DNA of 64,000 bases from Octopus vulgaris (lineage: Eukaryota), in NCBI GenBank assembly GCA_951406725.2, contig OX597833.1:9238001-9302000 (forward strand), read 5' to 3'. This document shows, piece by piece, positions 53,283-64,000 of this stretch; the stretch's first letter is position 1, and the number at the start of each line of letters is the position of its first letter. The notes below the pieces were generated by a model. It was given only the letters and a program-made list of their open reading frames with translations. It ran no database searches and was not told the DNA's origin. Position numbers and translations under genes: made by a program.

Positions 53283-54477
53283 TAAAATTCTGAAAAGCAT
53301 CATTTCATTTACAAGGTGGAAAATAGCCACTATATAGCTATTTCTGCCTAAATCTTCCTTAATTTGCTTCTACCATAACTAGCTTCCATCATCAACCTGT
53401 GTGTATATATTAACACCAACATTGATGGTCCTCATTTTTAAAATTTTTTATCAGAAATTTTCTTCGAAATAGAACAGAAGGAATGAAATTAAAAGAAAAT
53501 TTGAGAATTCAATTAATTAATTTTGAAAATAAAGCGAAGAAAAGTTTTCAGTAAATTTTATGAAATAAAAAAAAATCAAATATTATCATTGCCTAGTTCA
53601 CAGATATATTATAAAGTTTGAGGAAAAATAAAGCTAGTTGCAGTTTATTCTTAGATCAGTCCTGATCCCATGCATTGACCATTAAAAGTATCCACCCATG
53701 ACAATCTTGTCTTTTTATATCTTACTAAATTATTATCTATATTGTCTTAATTTGGTAAGGTAATAGGGTGTGATTTGAGGGAGATTTTGTTGCTATTTCT
53801 TTCAAGTCAAGAACATGGGCAACCTTTTTTGAGAAGTGGGCCGTGTGAGACATGGCTCATCATCAGATGGGTCACATTGCTAAACATAACAAAGGTTATT
53901 ATTCCTTAGGTGTGCCATTGACTACATATGCCCCACAGGCCATAAGTTGTCCATAATAGGTTTTATAGATTGCTTTCTTAATTTAACATAAGACCAGTAA
54001 AAGCGTATGCAATGGGTGGGTAGAGGAAATTAGACCCCACCCCAATACTTATTAGTTAGAGATTAAAATTTATCATTATAATCATTTGGAAGTAAAATCA
54101 GCAAGTGAAGAAGATTCAGTCCACAGCCGTCCAGTGTGAACTTTTCATAAGTTTTCTGACCATTGTCACATCACAAGGTTTAGTTTAGAGTTGAAATCTT
54201 CTCACCTGAAATAACTTCTACATGTTTTAAAACTTATTACAATCAAACTGCACTTACAGGAAGCTCATACACACATACACACACACAATAGATTAACTAC
54301 ATACAAGTGCATATGTGCTTGCACGCACATGTGCATATGTATCTGAATGTGCCCTTTTCTCCAAAACAAATAAATAAAGGAAGCATTTGATGGGGGTGGA
54401 TATCGAAGAAACATATCCACCTTTATATGTGCCATGCCCTTTCTTTGCCTTTCTTCCACATCCATCCATCCATACGT

Positions 54478-54544
<67 letters not shown>

Positions 54545-55534
54545 ACGCACACACACACACATACACACATACATAGCATACAAACATTACATGCATCAGT
54601 TTTATTCGGGTTTAACCTTGGAGTTTATACATACATGCATACATACATACGTGCATGCATACATAATACACACACATGTACACGCATGCATGCATGTATG
54701 CATACGCACAAAAATGCATGCATATATACATACATAGGTGCGCACACACATAAATACACACACACACACACAGAGTATTTGTGTAAAGCATTCATAAGAA
54801 TTAGAAACTCTGATGGTCCTGCAACACAATGCACACTTTTACTAGTAAAGTGTTTTTATTTATATTTTTCGAGCTTTGGGAGGATAAAGGAAATCGGTGC
54901 CGGACAAGGAAGGAAAGAAATTGTTTTCACTTGTAAATGAAATCGACGTCTCTGGGCGTGAACCATCTGTTGACAGTTGCAGAGAAATACCGGGAAATAA
55001 ACAACTAAAACTTGGCCCCGCTTTAACAGAGCGAAGGGAATGCGTTGTGATGTTCATGCCTTTACTGTGGGATGTTATTAGAAGCGTGAATGAATTGGTT
55101 TCAAAGTGGAAAAAAAGGGGGGGGGGGGAGGAAAAAACCACGACTGAAACCGGTTCTGCGACCCAGAAAGTGTAAAAGGAAAGAGAAAGAAATATATAAA
55201 CAATCCATTGTTTGTAGGGTTTGAAGCCGACAGATGCATTGTGAAGTAGTGGCGTTGATTATTTCTTCGTACTTGAGATTATTAAAGAGAGAAAAAAGTG
55301 TGAGAACGATTTCCAGTGAAGTCTGTCCGCAAACTGGCGACAGTGGAAATATCGATCGGTAAAGGGCAGATCGATACCCAAGAGCTTAATCGGTATTTGT
55401 TTCTATATGAATCCAGGAAGGATGAAAAGGGAAATTGTTTTCAACGAAGATTTAAACTCTTCAAACAAAAAGCAACAAAAATAATAATAATAAAACGAAA
55501 GTGAAAAAAAGGGTTTGTTTTGTTGTTTACTCAC

Positions 55535-55966
55535 CCCTAATTTTCTCGCTTGTTCGTTTAGTGACAATATCCAAGTGTCCACAATAATTGGGCAGGAATC
55601 CACTCGATTGTAAAACCAATCTAACAAAGCATTCAGCCAGAAGCATTTCTCGGTGAGTCCCGACGGAGAAGCTGTATTAAAGTTAGTTCTGTAGTCGGGG
55701 GCCTCACCGCTGCCCGAACACCGAATGAAGCCGCTCGTTTCGGCCCACGGGTCGTTGGCAGGGATTTTCAAGGGCCCGTGGAAGTGGAAAAATGCATTGA
55801 CCAGCAGAATTATTGTGACAGCCCATCCTAACCAAGCCAGTAATAAAATATCGAGCAAATAATTCTGCCAAGTCAGATTGGCGTACATGGAACCTGCTGC
55901 CTCCGCCATTTTGGAGTATGTCTCCCCGACTCGGTAAAGTATCAAACGGATTGTTATATCTGCCAT
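55535..55966 (-). CDS. C2CD2: First coding exon of a C2CD2/C2CD2L (TMEM24)-like ER-anchored SMP/C2 lipid-transfer protein; likely start ATG at 55909
   Basis: MAEAAGSMYANLTWQNYLLDILLLAWLGWAVTIILLVNAFF (N-terminal TM anchor)...EKCFWLNALLDWFY...IVDTWILSLNEQARKLG (start of SMP domain, resembling 'W..ALNEQA'). Phase-0 donor GGG|GTGAGT at 55535/55534. Strong start context aaaATGG at 55909. Confidence 0.75.
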
Positions 55967-56424
55967 CAGTTAACCAATAGTCGGGCATTTCAGGTAAGCT
56001 GATACTCGTTTCGGTAAAGATAATTCCGCCCTTAACACCCATACAGAGAGCTTGCCACCAGATTTAGATGTTCACCATTCCAAGAACACATCCCCCTGCC
56101 AAGCGCTGCTTTCTGCCTGCTGCTTTCTTCGGCCAACTCCTCCCTCCATAACTCTTTACCTTTCTCTTACTCACCCTCTATGTCTCTCACTCTTTCACCC
56201 ACTCTCGCTTATGTCTTTCTATCTTTCACTTACCGCCCGCTCTCTTGCACATATACACTCTCCCTCTTATTCACTCTCTTATACTTCTTCTCTATCACAC
56301 AAACTATTACTCTATCTATTTTCACCCGCAGTTGTCAATGAACGCTAACTGTGGCTGTGAAAAACCTGCCATCACCGACACTTTTACTACAAAACAGCAA
56401 AGCGTGTCACGTCATATGTCACAC

Positions 56425-56470
<46 letters not shown>

Positions 56471-56504
56471 GTCTGTCTGTCTCTCTCTCTATATATATGA
56501 ATAC

Positions 56505-56535
<31 letters not shown>

Positions 56536-56716
56536 TGAATGTATGTATGTATGCATGTTTGTGTGTGTGTGTGTGTGTGTGCTTGCGTGCACGGACGTAG
56601 TTTAAGGTTCAGTCCAACTGCACAGCATTATGGTCAAGGGCCTTCTACCTCAGCTCCAGACGGACCAATGTCTTCTAACTGAATGTAATAGACGGAAACT
56701 GAAGAAGCCGGTTGTA

Positions 56717-56783
<67 letters not shown>

Positions 56784-57120
56784 TTGCATGTATGTATATA
56801 TGTATGTATGTATGTATGTATGCGTGTGTGTGTGTGAATATGTGTATGCTTATATACATACACATACACACACATACACACACACACGCATACGAAATAT
56901 ATTCATATATTACTAATCATACTTATATATTTTTGAGCTAATGAATATGGTTTACGTTGGTTTTTTTCTTTAAAAGACACTGCATCGGAAAGTAATATCA
57001 TATTTTATTGATATATTTTGTAGCGACATTTTGTTGTGTGACTTTCTACGCAAATAACTTGTTTCTACTGCTGAAGCATTTCTCCATTTCTGTCATTTTG
57101 TTGCAGACGACAGTTTGTCA

Positions 57121-57130
57121 GTGACGTCAC
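57121..57130. promoter_or_regulatory. Perfect CRE palindrome GTGACGTCAC upstream of the gene
   Basis: TGACGTCA consensus in CpG-retaining DNA ~1.2 kb upstream of the ATG; related TGACGTGA on the minus strand at 56407-56414. Confidence 0.4.
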
Positions 57131-57373
57131 AGTGTAGATAGACAGAAAGGGCGACAGGGGGAGGAAAGGAAAAAAGATAAGACAAAAGAAAGAGAGGGGA
57201 TGGGTGGGAAAAGAGAATGAGAGGAGAGAGAAAAAGAAAGAAAGAGGAAAGAGGAGGAAGAGGGAGAGAAGAAGAAAACAAGGGAGAAAGAGAGAAGAAA
57301 AAGAACGAAGTCGGATGAAGTAAATGGATGAGAGAGTATCAGAAAGGATACGGCATAATATAGAAGATAAAAG

Positions 57374-57427
<54 letters not shown>

Positions 57428-57555
57428 GAGAAAGAGAGAGAGAGAGAGAAGGTAGAGAAACGGGGAAATGGAGAGAGTGAGGTAGGTATAGGGGGAGTGA
57501 GAAAGGGAAAAGCTACAGGCGGGAAAAGCGAAGCAATGAGTGAAAGAGACAAGAA

Positions 57556-57596
<41 letters not shown>

Positions 57597-58003
57597 GAAA
57601 GAAAGAAAGAAAATGACATGTGTGCGTGTACGTGTCTCTATGAGTGATGTGTGTGTGTGTGTGTGTGCGTGCGTGTGTGTGTGTGTGTGTGCATGTGTGT
57701 GTGCTCGGTGTGCGTGTGTGTTTGTGTGCTCGCATGTGCTCGTTTGTCAACAAGAAACATGTTCATGTAATTGAGTTCAAGGTTGATGTACTAAATGACG
57801 TCTATAAAAACTGTTAATTAATTACTGAATGACAGAAACACTGTTATTAAATTCAAAATATATCATTAGCAGGGTAAAGGTTTCAGAAATATGAAACGAC
57901 GACATTGACCTTAAGTATTCAACCTTCACCTTGATAGAGAGGGAAGGAAGAGGTGTTTCAGTGTATGTGTTGGGGGACCAGAGATTTCCCGCTCTTAGTA
58001 GTA

Positions 58004-58085
<82 letters not shown>

Positions 58086-58240
58086 TAATAGTAGTAACTA
58101 TTATTTGTTCTTGAGATGGCGTGGGGATGACTTGTCTTTCTGTTAAAAGATAATGAATACATTTCTGAATACACACACAGATTGTATTAGAATATAACTA
58201 CATAAATATCGATGCCCGACGCGAGTTCACACTCTCCCAG

Positions 58241-58775
58241 TATGAGGGTAGGCTGAATAGTTCATAGGATGACTATGGAGTGATGCTTAAGCTGTGAAAT
58301 CTTGCATGCATTAATTTCAACCCTTTTTATTGATAACTGCATTGTTTCTTTCCAGGTAAACTGACATCTACCTGTTCAAAGAAGACTTTAAAAAATAGCT
58401 AGTAGCGAATTCTCTTGAAAATGAACAAAATTTGGCATCGCAGTATTATCAAGTACCTGCAGTAAAAGAGTTTAGACCTCAGCTACATTCATGCTGACAT
58501 GCTTGCTGCAGTAGGAGGAGAAGTGTCTTCAGCTTTATCAAGGTAAAAGTAGACAGTTGAACTTCTGAGGAGAATAGAAAGTCTTGAAGATGTCTGGACA
58601 TCCTGCAACTGCCACCACCGAGGAAAACATTGATCTTGTTCACTACATAGTGATGCAAGACAAGCGATTGAGTGATGCAAGACAAGCGATCAATGCTTTT
58701 AGCATATCCCATGAAACAGTTGAGAATATTCTGCACCATGAACTTAGCATAATAAAGGTTTTTGCTCGGTGGGTA
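58241..58775 (+). mobile_element. Mariner 5' fragment
   Basis: TIR-like tatgagggtaggctgaatagttc; SGHPATATTEENIDLVHYIVMQDKRL...ISHETVENILHHELSIIKVFARWV. Confidence 0.8.
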
Positions 58776-58890
58776 ATTATATAACTGCATGTAATTTATA
58801 AACAAAGAATATACTTCTTTCATTCGGTTTGCAATAATGTGGATGAGATGGGTTCAATTTTTGACGACAGATAAACTTAAATAGGATAAC

Positions 58891-58933
<43 letters not shown>

Positions 58934-59013
58934 CAAAGTGGAGTTGTAGGGTACCGCACGAGTGTGGAATTATATACGAAAGGTTTGAAAATGCAATTTT
59001 AAAAGATGTTTAT

Positions 59014-59058
59014 TTACTTTACCGGTTTCACTCTTTGGAAAAAGATTGTCAAAAGTAA
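59014..59058 (-). ncRNA. Minimal type I hammerhead motif, U3-A8 core variant
   Basis: TTACTT-TTGACAA-TCTTTTTCCAAAGAGT-GAAA-CCGG-TA^AAGTAA. Confidence 0.6.
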
Positions 59059-59772
59059 CATGTAGAAGTTTGGTTGCGTTAATTATTGGTTGTTACAAAT
59101 TGCTACATTGCATATATACAGTCTTTGGTAACAAGGACATGTTAAGGACATAAAAAAGTTTAACAAGTTCCTTAAAATATTGGGCACAAAAGATTACAAC
59201 ATAAATAATCATTCTCAAGAACATGTTTAAGATAGTTTCCAGAAGGAATTATTAAAAAGTTCAGTGGGATATTGGTATTGGTATTGTATCTGTATATTCA
59301 AACACGCACAGAATATTGGTTGACACAGAGTACTACAATACATATATATACATTCTTTGGTGACAAGAGCATGTTAAGAACATAAAAAAGTTTAACAAGT
59401 TCATTGAAATATTGGGCACGAAAGATTACAACAAATATATTATACATTCTCAAGATAATTTCCAGAACGAATTATTAAAAAGTTCAGTAGAATATTGGTA
59501 TACACGCACAGAATATTATGAGTTCAAAAAGGTTTACATTATAATAGTAGGGAAGCTAAAACTGACCTGTCCACCATGTTAACGTAAAAGAATATTATCT
59601 ATTTCAAGGGACACTGCATGTGTGTTTGGGTGGGGGAAAGGAGGAGTAATGTGGAACTGAAAAGAATTTATCCTTATTGTCTCTCCTTCAAACATCAATG
59701 ATTTGGGGGATTGGCTTGTAATGTAGCAATTTGTAACAACCAATAATTAACGCAACCAAACTTTTACATGCT

Positions 59773-59813
59773 ACTTTTGACAATCTTTTTCCAAAGAGTG
59801 AAACCGGTAAAGT
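59773..59813 (+). ncRNA. Second copy of the U3-A8 hammerhead motif (stem I only 4 bp)
   Basis: ACTT-TTGACAA-TCTTTTTCCAAAGAGT-GAAA-CCGG-TA^AAGT. Confidence 0.55.
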
Positions 59814-59859
59814 TAATAAATAACTTTTAAAATTGCATTTTCAAACCTTCTTTCGTATA

Positions 59860-60023
59860 GGAGTGGCTGTGTGGTAAGTAGCTTGCTAACCAACCACATG
59901 GTTCCGGGTTCAGTCCCACTGCGTGGCATCTTGGGTAAGTGTCTTCTGCTATAGCCCCGGGCCGACCAATGCCTTGTGAGTTGATTTGGTAGACGGGAAC
60001 TGAAAGAACCCCGTCGTATATAT

Positions 60024-60055
<32 letters not shown>

Positions 60056-60268
60056 ATGTTTGTGTGTCTGTGTTTGTCCCCCTAGCATTGCTTGACAACC
60101 GATGCTGGTGTGTTTACGTCCCCGTTACTTAGCGGTTCGGCAAAAGAGACCGATAGAATAAGTACTGGGCTTACAAAGAATAAGTCCCGGGTTCGAGTTG
60201 CTCGACTAAAGGCGGTGCTCCAGCATGACCGCAGTCAAATGACTGAAACAAATAAAAGAGTAAAGAGT
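59860..60268 (+). mobile_element. tRNA-derived SINE, full length, CpG-intact
   Basis: ggagtggctgtgtggtaag...ggttccgggttcagtccc...ggcggtgctccagcatg...gactgaaacaaataaaagag. Confidence 0.9.
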
Positions 60269-60446
60269 ATATATATAATATAAAGTATAGAAGCCATCTT
60301 ACCATGGCTAACCACATTGGGGAGGGGGTTGTTACTGTAGCTTTATAGCCCCAAGAGATCTTCGTCTGTAGCTGGCTCTAAACACAATATCTGTGTCTTT
60401 GGAGTATTTGCAAAGGGAGGCCATCCCTTCCTCCCAAGCCTGAGTG

Positions 60447-60524
<78 letters not shown>

Positions 60525-60649
60525 ATAGTAATGCAATACGAGAGTATTGCTTTCCAGTGAAGGATAGCCCGTGAGGGTAAAATTTGCATAAAAGTAAATA
60601 AATGGCACAACGAAGCACCGATATTTACTGTATGCATGTATGCATGTAT

Positions 60650-60730
<81 letters not shown>

Positions 60731-60764
60731 TACATACATGCATACATAAACGCGCGCGCGCACG

Positions 60765-60915
60765 AGTAAGCACAGAAGTGCAAAACAAAGTGGAAAAACC
60801 AGAACTCGAATACCGAAGGTAGAGTAATATGCACTTTTTTTTTATTAAAGCTACAAAAGCATCGCAAAAAACTGTTACTCAGAGTTTTACGTTCGCATTC
60901 GTTGGACAGTTGTAA
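60765..60915 (-). mobile_element. PLE-type terminal fragment with a decayed hammerhead
   Basis: Minus strand AACTGT-CCAACGA-ATGCGAACGT-AAAA-CTCTGAG-TA^ACAGTT, then AATAAA. Confidence 0.5.
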
Positions 60916-61088
60916 TCAAGACTGGAATAGAATTGTAATGGTACATGTAATATATGATTTGATATCATCCAATTTGACGAATAAGCATTTGAATTTGATG
61001 TGGTAACTTATTTTCAAAATATAAACGGTATTGTGTTCGCTAAGAGTTGGTCGGGCTGGAGTGCATGAATTGAATAGTAAATATAAAT

Positions 61089-61330
61089 ACAGTAATCTCT
61101 CGTCATATCGCGGTCCATCTATGACGCACTCAGTACCTCGCGGACTTTTGTGGCTAATATATGTAAATTTATATCGCGGACTTCTCAGTATATCGCGGGT
61201 TTCTGCAGCCGATAAATATGGATACGCAGATGCACGATAATCTCGTTGCTCTGCATCTTGCTGACTCTCACCTTGCTAACCGCATCTTTTTACATGGTAT
61301 GCACTGCTCTCGCAAATCGTCGACTCCTAG
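61089..61330 (+). mobile_element. Possible pogo/Tigger-like DNA transposon end
   Basis: TA|cagtaatctctcg...atatcgcgg with repeated tcgcgg subterminal motifs. Confidence 0.4.
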
Positions 61331-61339
61331 TTTCCTTAG

Positions 61340-62560
61340 TAACTATCAGCTTACTGAACGAAAATCCAGTTGAAAGCCTTCTTCAGGTGGCCAATACTAG
61401 ATACAGTGGCTTACTTTTAGTTAAGTACTTCTCCTGTTGTGGTCTCATTAGGAAGAGAACATCGCTAGTATCTCTTCCCTATCACAAAGCCAGATTGCAT
61501 TTCGGCATGGTTAATTCTGATCCTAATCCTTTTGGCTAGAAATCAGAAACTTTCAGAACCTACTCCATCAAATGCATGTCTCTGTCATTTCCTCTCTTAT
61601 GTGTATTTTCTTTGCCCTTGTGGCAGTTGACCGTGTCACTGCTCACATCAGCCATAGTCTTTGACACCTTCCTATGCAACTTGTGTGACTAATCACGCAT
61701 TAGTCACAACTTGTGTGACCTTCGGTTTGCTCTTGGCTTCCAAACCCCCAAACATTCTATTTGCTGCATTACTGTCAACTTGGATGGTTGGTCTCTATGT
61801 TTAGTAAACACGGGGTAGACCTTCTCTCTCTCTCGCATTTTCCTCATTCAACAGTTTTTCGAAATGCACTTCTCTCCAACGACATCTCAACTTTCTCTAG
61901 TTTTACAATCTGAATCAGCACTTGTATTCGATCATCCTTACGTTGTAGAACATTCCAGATATAGATCCAATGTGTTGCTTCTCTACGAGCAGCTTTATAT
62001 TACTCTTAGTTGCTCCTTATATTCTAATCTTTTCAAACCTTATTTTGAGCTTTGATGGCTCTCCCCTGAACTATTTCATCACTAAATAACCCGCTTCTCT
62101 TACTACAATCTTTTACCGGACACAGATCTGGCTCGCAGCTCTCAACAACTTGTCCCCTACTTGTCCTACTTCCCCTACTGTAAGTCTCCATTTCGCCCCC
62201 TCTTTTGTCATCAACGTTTATGAGAATATCTCTGAATCTGCGATCGACTGAGGGTTCTTTAAATTTTCATATCCTTATTTTCCAGATAATCTTTTGTCTT
62301 TGAACCCATTATCTCTTACTCTGCAGTCGCTCATCACTATTTTATGTTGGTTAGTACATTCTTAACTAGGAAAACATTCGGGTTCACAACCAGCTTGCTT
62401 ATTCCGTTTCTTGGTGAAGATAAAATCTGCCTGATCAGCATCGTCATCTGACTGCTAGGCCCTCGTCTGGTTAGCTTTCCTCTTCGTCATTCTACATCCC
62501 TATCATCTCTGTACACCAAACAGAGATGACATCATGGTATTGTGTAAAAACTACCTCAAA
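61340..62560 (-). mobile_element. Degenerate RTE LINE
   Basis: 61350-61530 is homologous to the RT segment at 25280-25445 (FLMRPQQEKYL...LKKAFN). Confidence 0.6.
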
Positions 62561-63220
62561 CGTTCAAGCTGTGATAATGAAGCCGCCGTCATTTATTATT
62601 GTTTAGATAGTCGCTAAGAGGGGCCCTTCAAATAGATCCTTCATTTTATTAGTCAGCCCTTGATGGATGTGGAGATAACTGTCGATGTTGTTTTGGTCTA
62701 TGACTAATCTAAGATTAATTTTTCTCTACATACATGCACGCGCGCACACACATGATACATACATATATACATACATGCGTGCATGCATACATATACAGAC
62801 ATACTTAGACAAACATACATACAAGCATACACATGTATACATATATACATACACATACATGCCTGCACACATATGTACATACATAACCACATACATACAT
62901 ACATATATACATATGTACACACTACACACGTACAGTCATACACACACATATACATACATAAGCATGGTGCCATCAACATGAGAGGTGCAGACGACCATCT
63001 AAAATGTCTTCCTAACGTTTCCTTCTACAATAATGCTGACTCTTCGAGCCTAAGTCTGTAACTGGTTTATTTCTCCAATAATAAATCAGAGAAACTACTT
63101 TTACATCCCAGTCTAGCGTTATTCAGACCGATTGAAAAACGATAAACCCGATGCCAGGTGTAGCATTTGCAATGGTGCCGCATTTCGCTGGTTGCGATCA
63201 AGACTGCAACCAATAACAGC

Positions 63221-63312
63221 GGCACCAATGCAAACAGTACCACGGCACCAATGCAAACAGTACCACGGCACCAATGCAAACAGTACCACGGCACCAATGC
63301 AAACAGTACCGC
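63221..63312. repeat. Four tandem copies of 23 bp ggcaccaatgcaaacagtaccac
   Basis: Directly visible; no spacers. Confidence 0.95.
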
Positions 63313-63639
63313 AGCGCCAGTGATCGATCGAAGGAGACGCTTTATACTCTTCTCATTTTACTTGGGCTTTGCATATAAACCTGAAGCTACTTCGGTGATA
63401 TGAAACAACTCGTGATGACTCTTCTGTCGGACATATGAAATGGCTATAAAAATACTGGCAGAAAGTGCACCCCATTTGTGGAGAAAAACAATTTTGGCAA
63501 CAAGCACCTTTCTTTGCCAAAAAAGAAAGAAAAAAGACGCTTTCGTCGTGATGGTAATAGATCTCAAAACACTGAGAGCTGGCAGCAGTGTTCAAATCTA
63601 CCCTGGGAAAGGTGGACAAGGTGAAAAAGGCCACCAATT

Positions 63640-64000
63640 TCTATATAGGTGACATCATGGTTGACAAGACTGTAGTGTCTGCCGCAGAGGTCATGGGTTA
63701 AAGAAGTTCGGGTAGACAGCGAAACCACCGGAGCCAATGGTTGGAGGAGCTGAACTGGGGCTCAAGCTTCAAAGAGACAAAACAGGCGTGTTTCGGAGAG
63801 GAAACGAGATTCCAGAACTGAGTACCAGCATCAACAGACGAGAGTTATTCTCGATGTATGGAGAACTGGTGGGTCACTATCCAATCGCGTGGTGGCTTCG
63901 AACAGCATGCAGTTATGTCAAGAGACGAGCAGATGAGGCAAGCTGGGGAGACAAAGTAGGAGAGAGGACGGTGGCGATGATACAGGAGGTTCCAGAAAGG
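63640..64000 (+). mobile_element. Gypsy-like RT/connection fragment, same family as 18240-19975
   Basis: LGLKLQRDKTG-VFRRGNEIPEL...NRRELFSMYGELVGHYPIAWWLRTACSYVKR, matching LGLQLARDKVGRLVFHRGNEIPDL. Confidence 0.75.

Larger units (their letters stand above)
58973..59859. mobile_element. Non-coding element with ~140 bp inverted arms (PLE pLTR-like) and an internal ~170-200 bp direct duplication
   Basis: 58973-59112 is the reverse complement of 59717-59859. Internal repeats at 59113-59316 and 59345-59516. Each arm has an HHR motif followed by AATAAA. Confidence 0.75.

Noticed and set aside
55403-55534. C-terminal 43 aa of the 187-aa ORF
   Set aside because: Read-through into the intron past the GTGAGT donor.
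63221-63312. CRISPR-like repeats
   Set aside because: Head-to-tail 23-bp units with no spacers, no cas genes, and a eukaryotic context.

Overview
AT-rich, microsatellite-dense animal DNA, most likely from an octopus (inferred from the SINE and LINE families and the repeat landscape). The only host coding exon I can support is the first exon of a C2CD2/TMEM24-like SMP-domain lipid-transfer gene (minus strand, 55966/55909-55535). It ends at a phase-0 GT donor and I found no convincing exon 2, so most of the window is probably one intron over 55 kb long, and 56-64 kb is promoter/upstream DNA. The rest is mostly decayed transposons: RTE, CR1-clade and R4/Dong LINEs, Penelope-like elements (PLEs), Gypsy-like LTR pieces, Tc1/mariner elements, a Helitron deletion derivative and tRNA-derived SINEs. 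Most of the ORF track is microsatellite noise. The most interesting structures are: (i) hammerhead ribozyme (HHR) motifs at PLE-type ends, including a ~890 bp non-coding element whose ~140 bp inverted arms each carry a minimal HHR with a compensatory U3-A8 core; (ii) a PLE with a poly-Asn (AAT)n linker into which an R4/Dong LINE has inserted; (iii) an apparent CpG-decay boundary near the gene's first exon; (iv) a near-perfect 33-bp intronic hairpin. All calls come from reading and translating by eye. No searches were run and TE boundaries are approximate.
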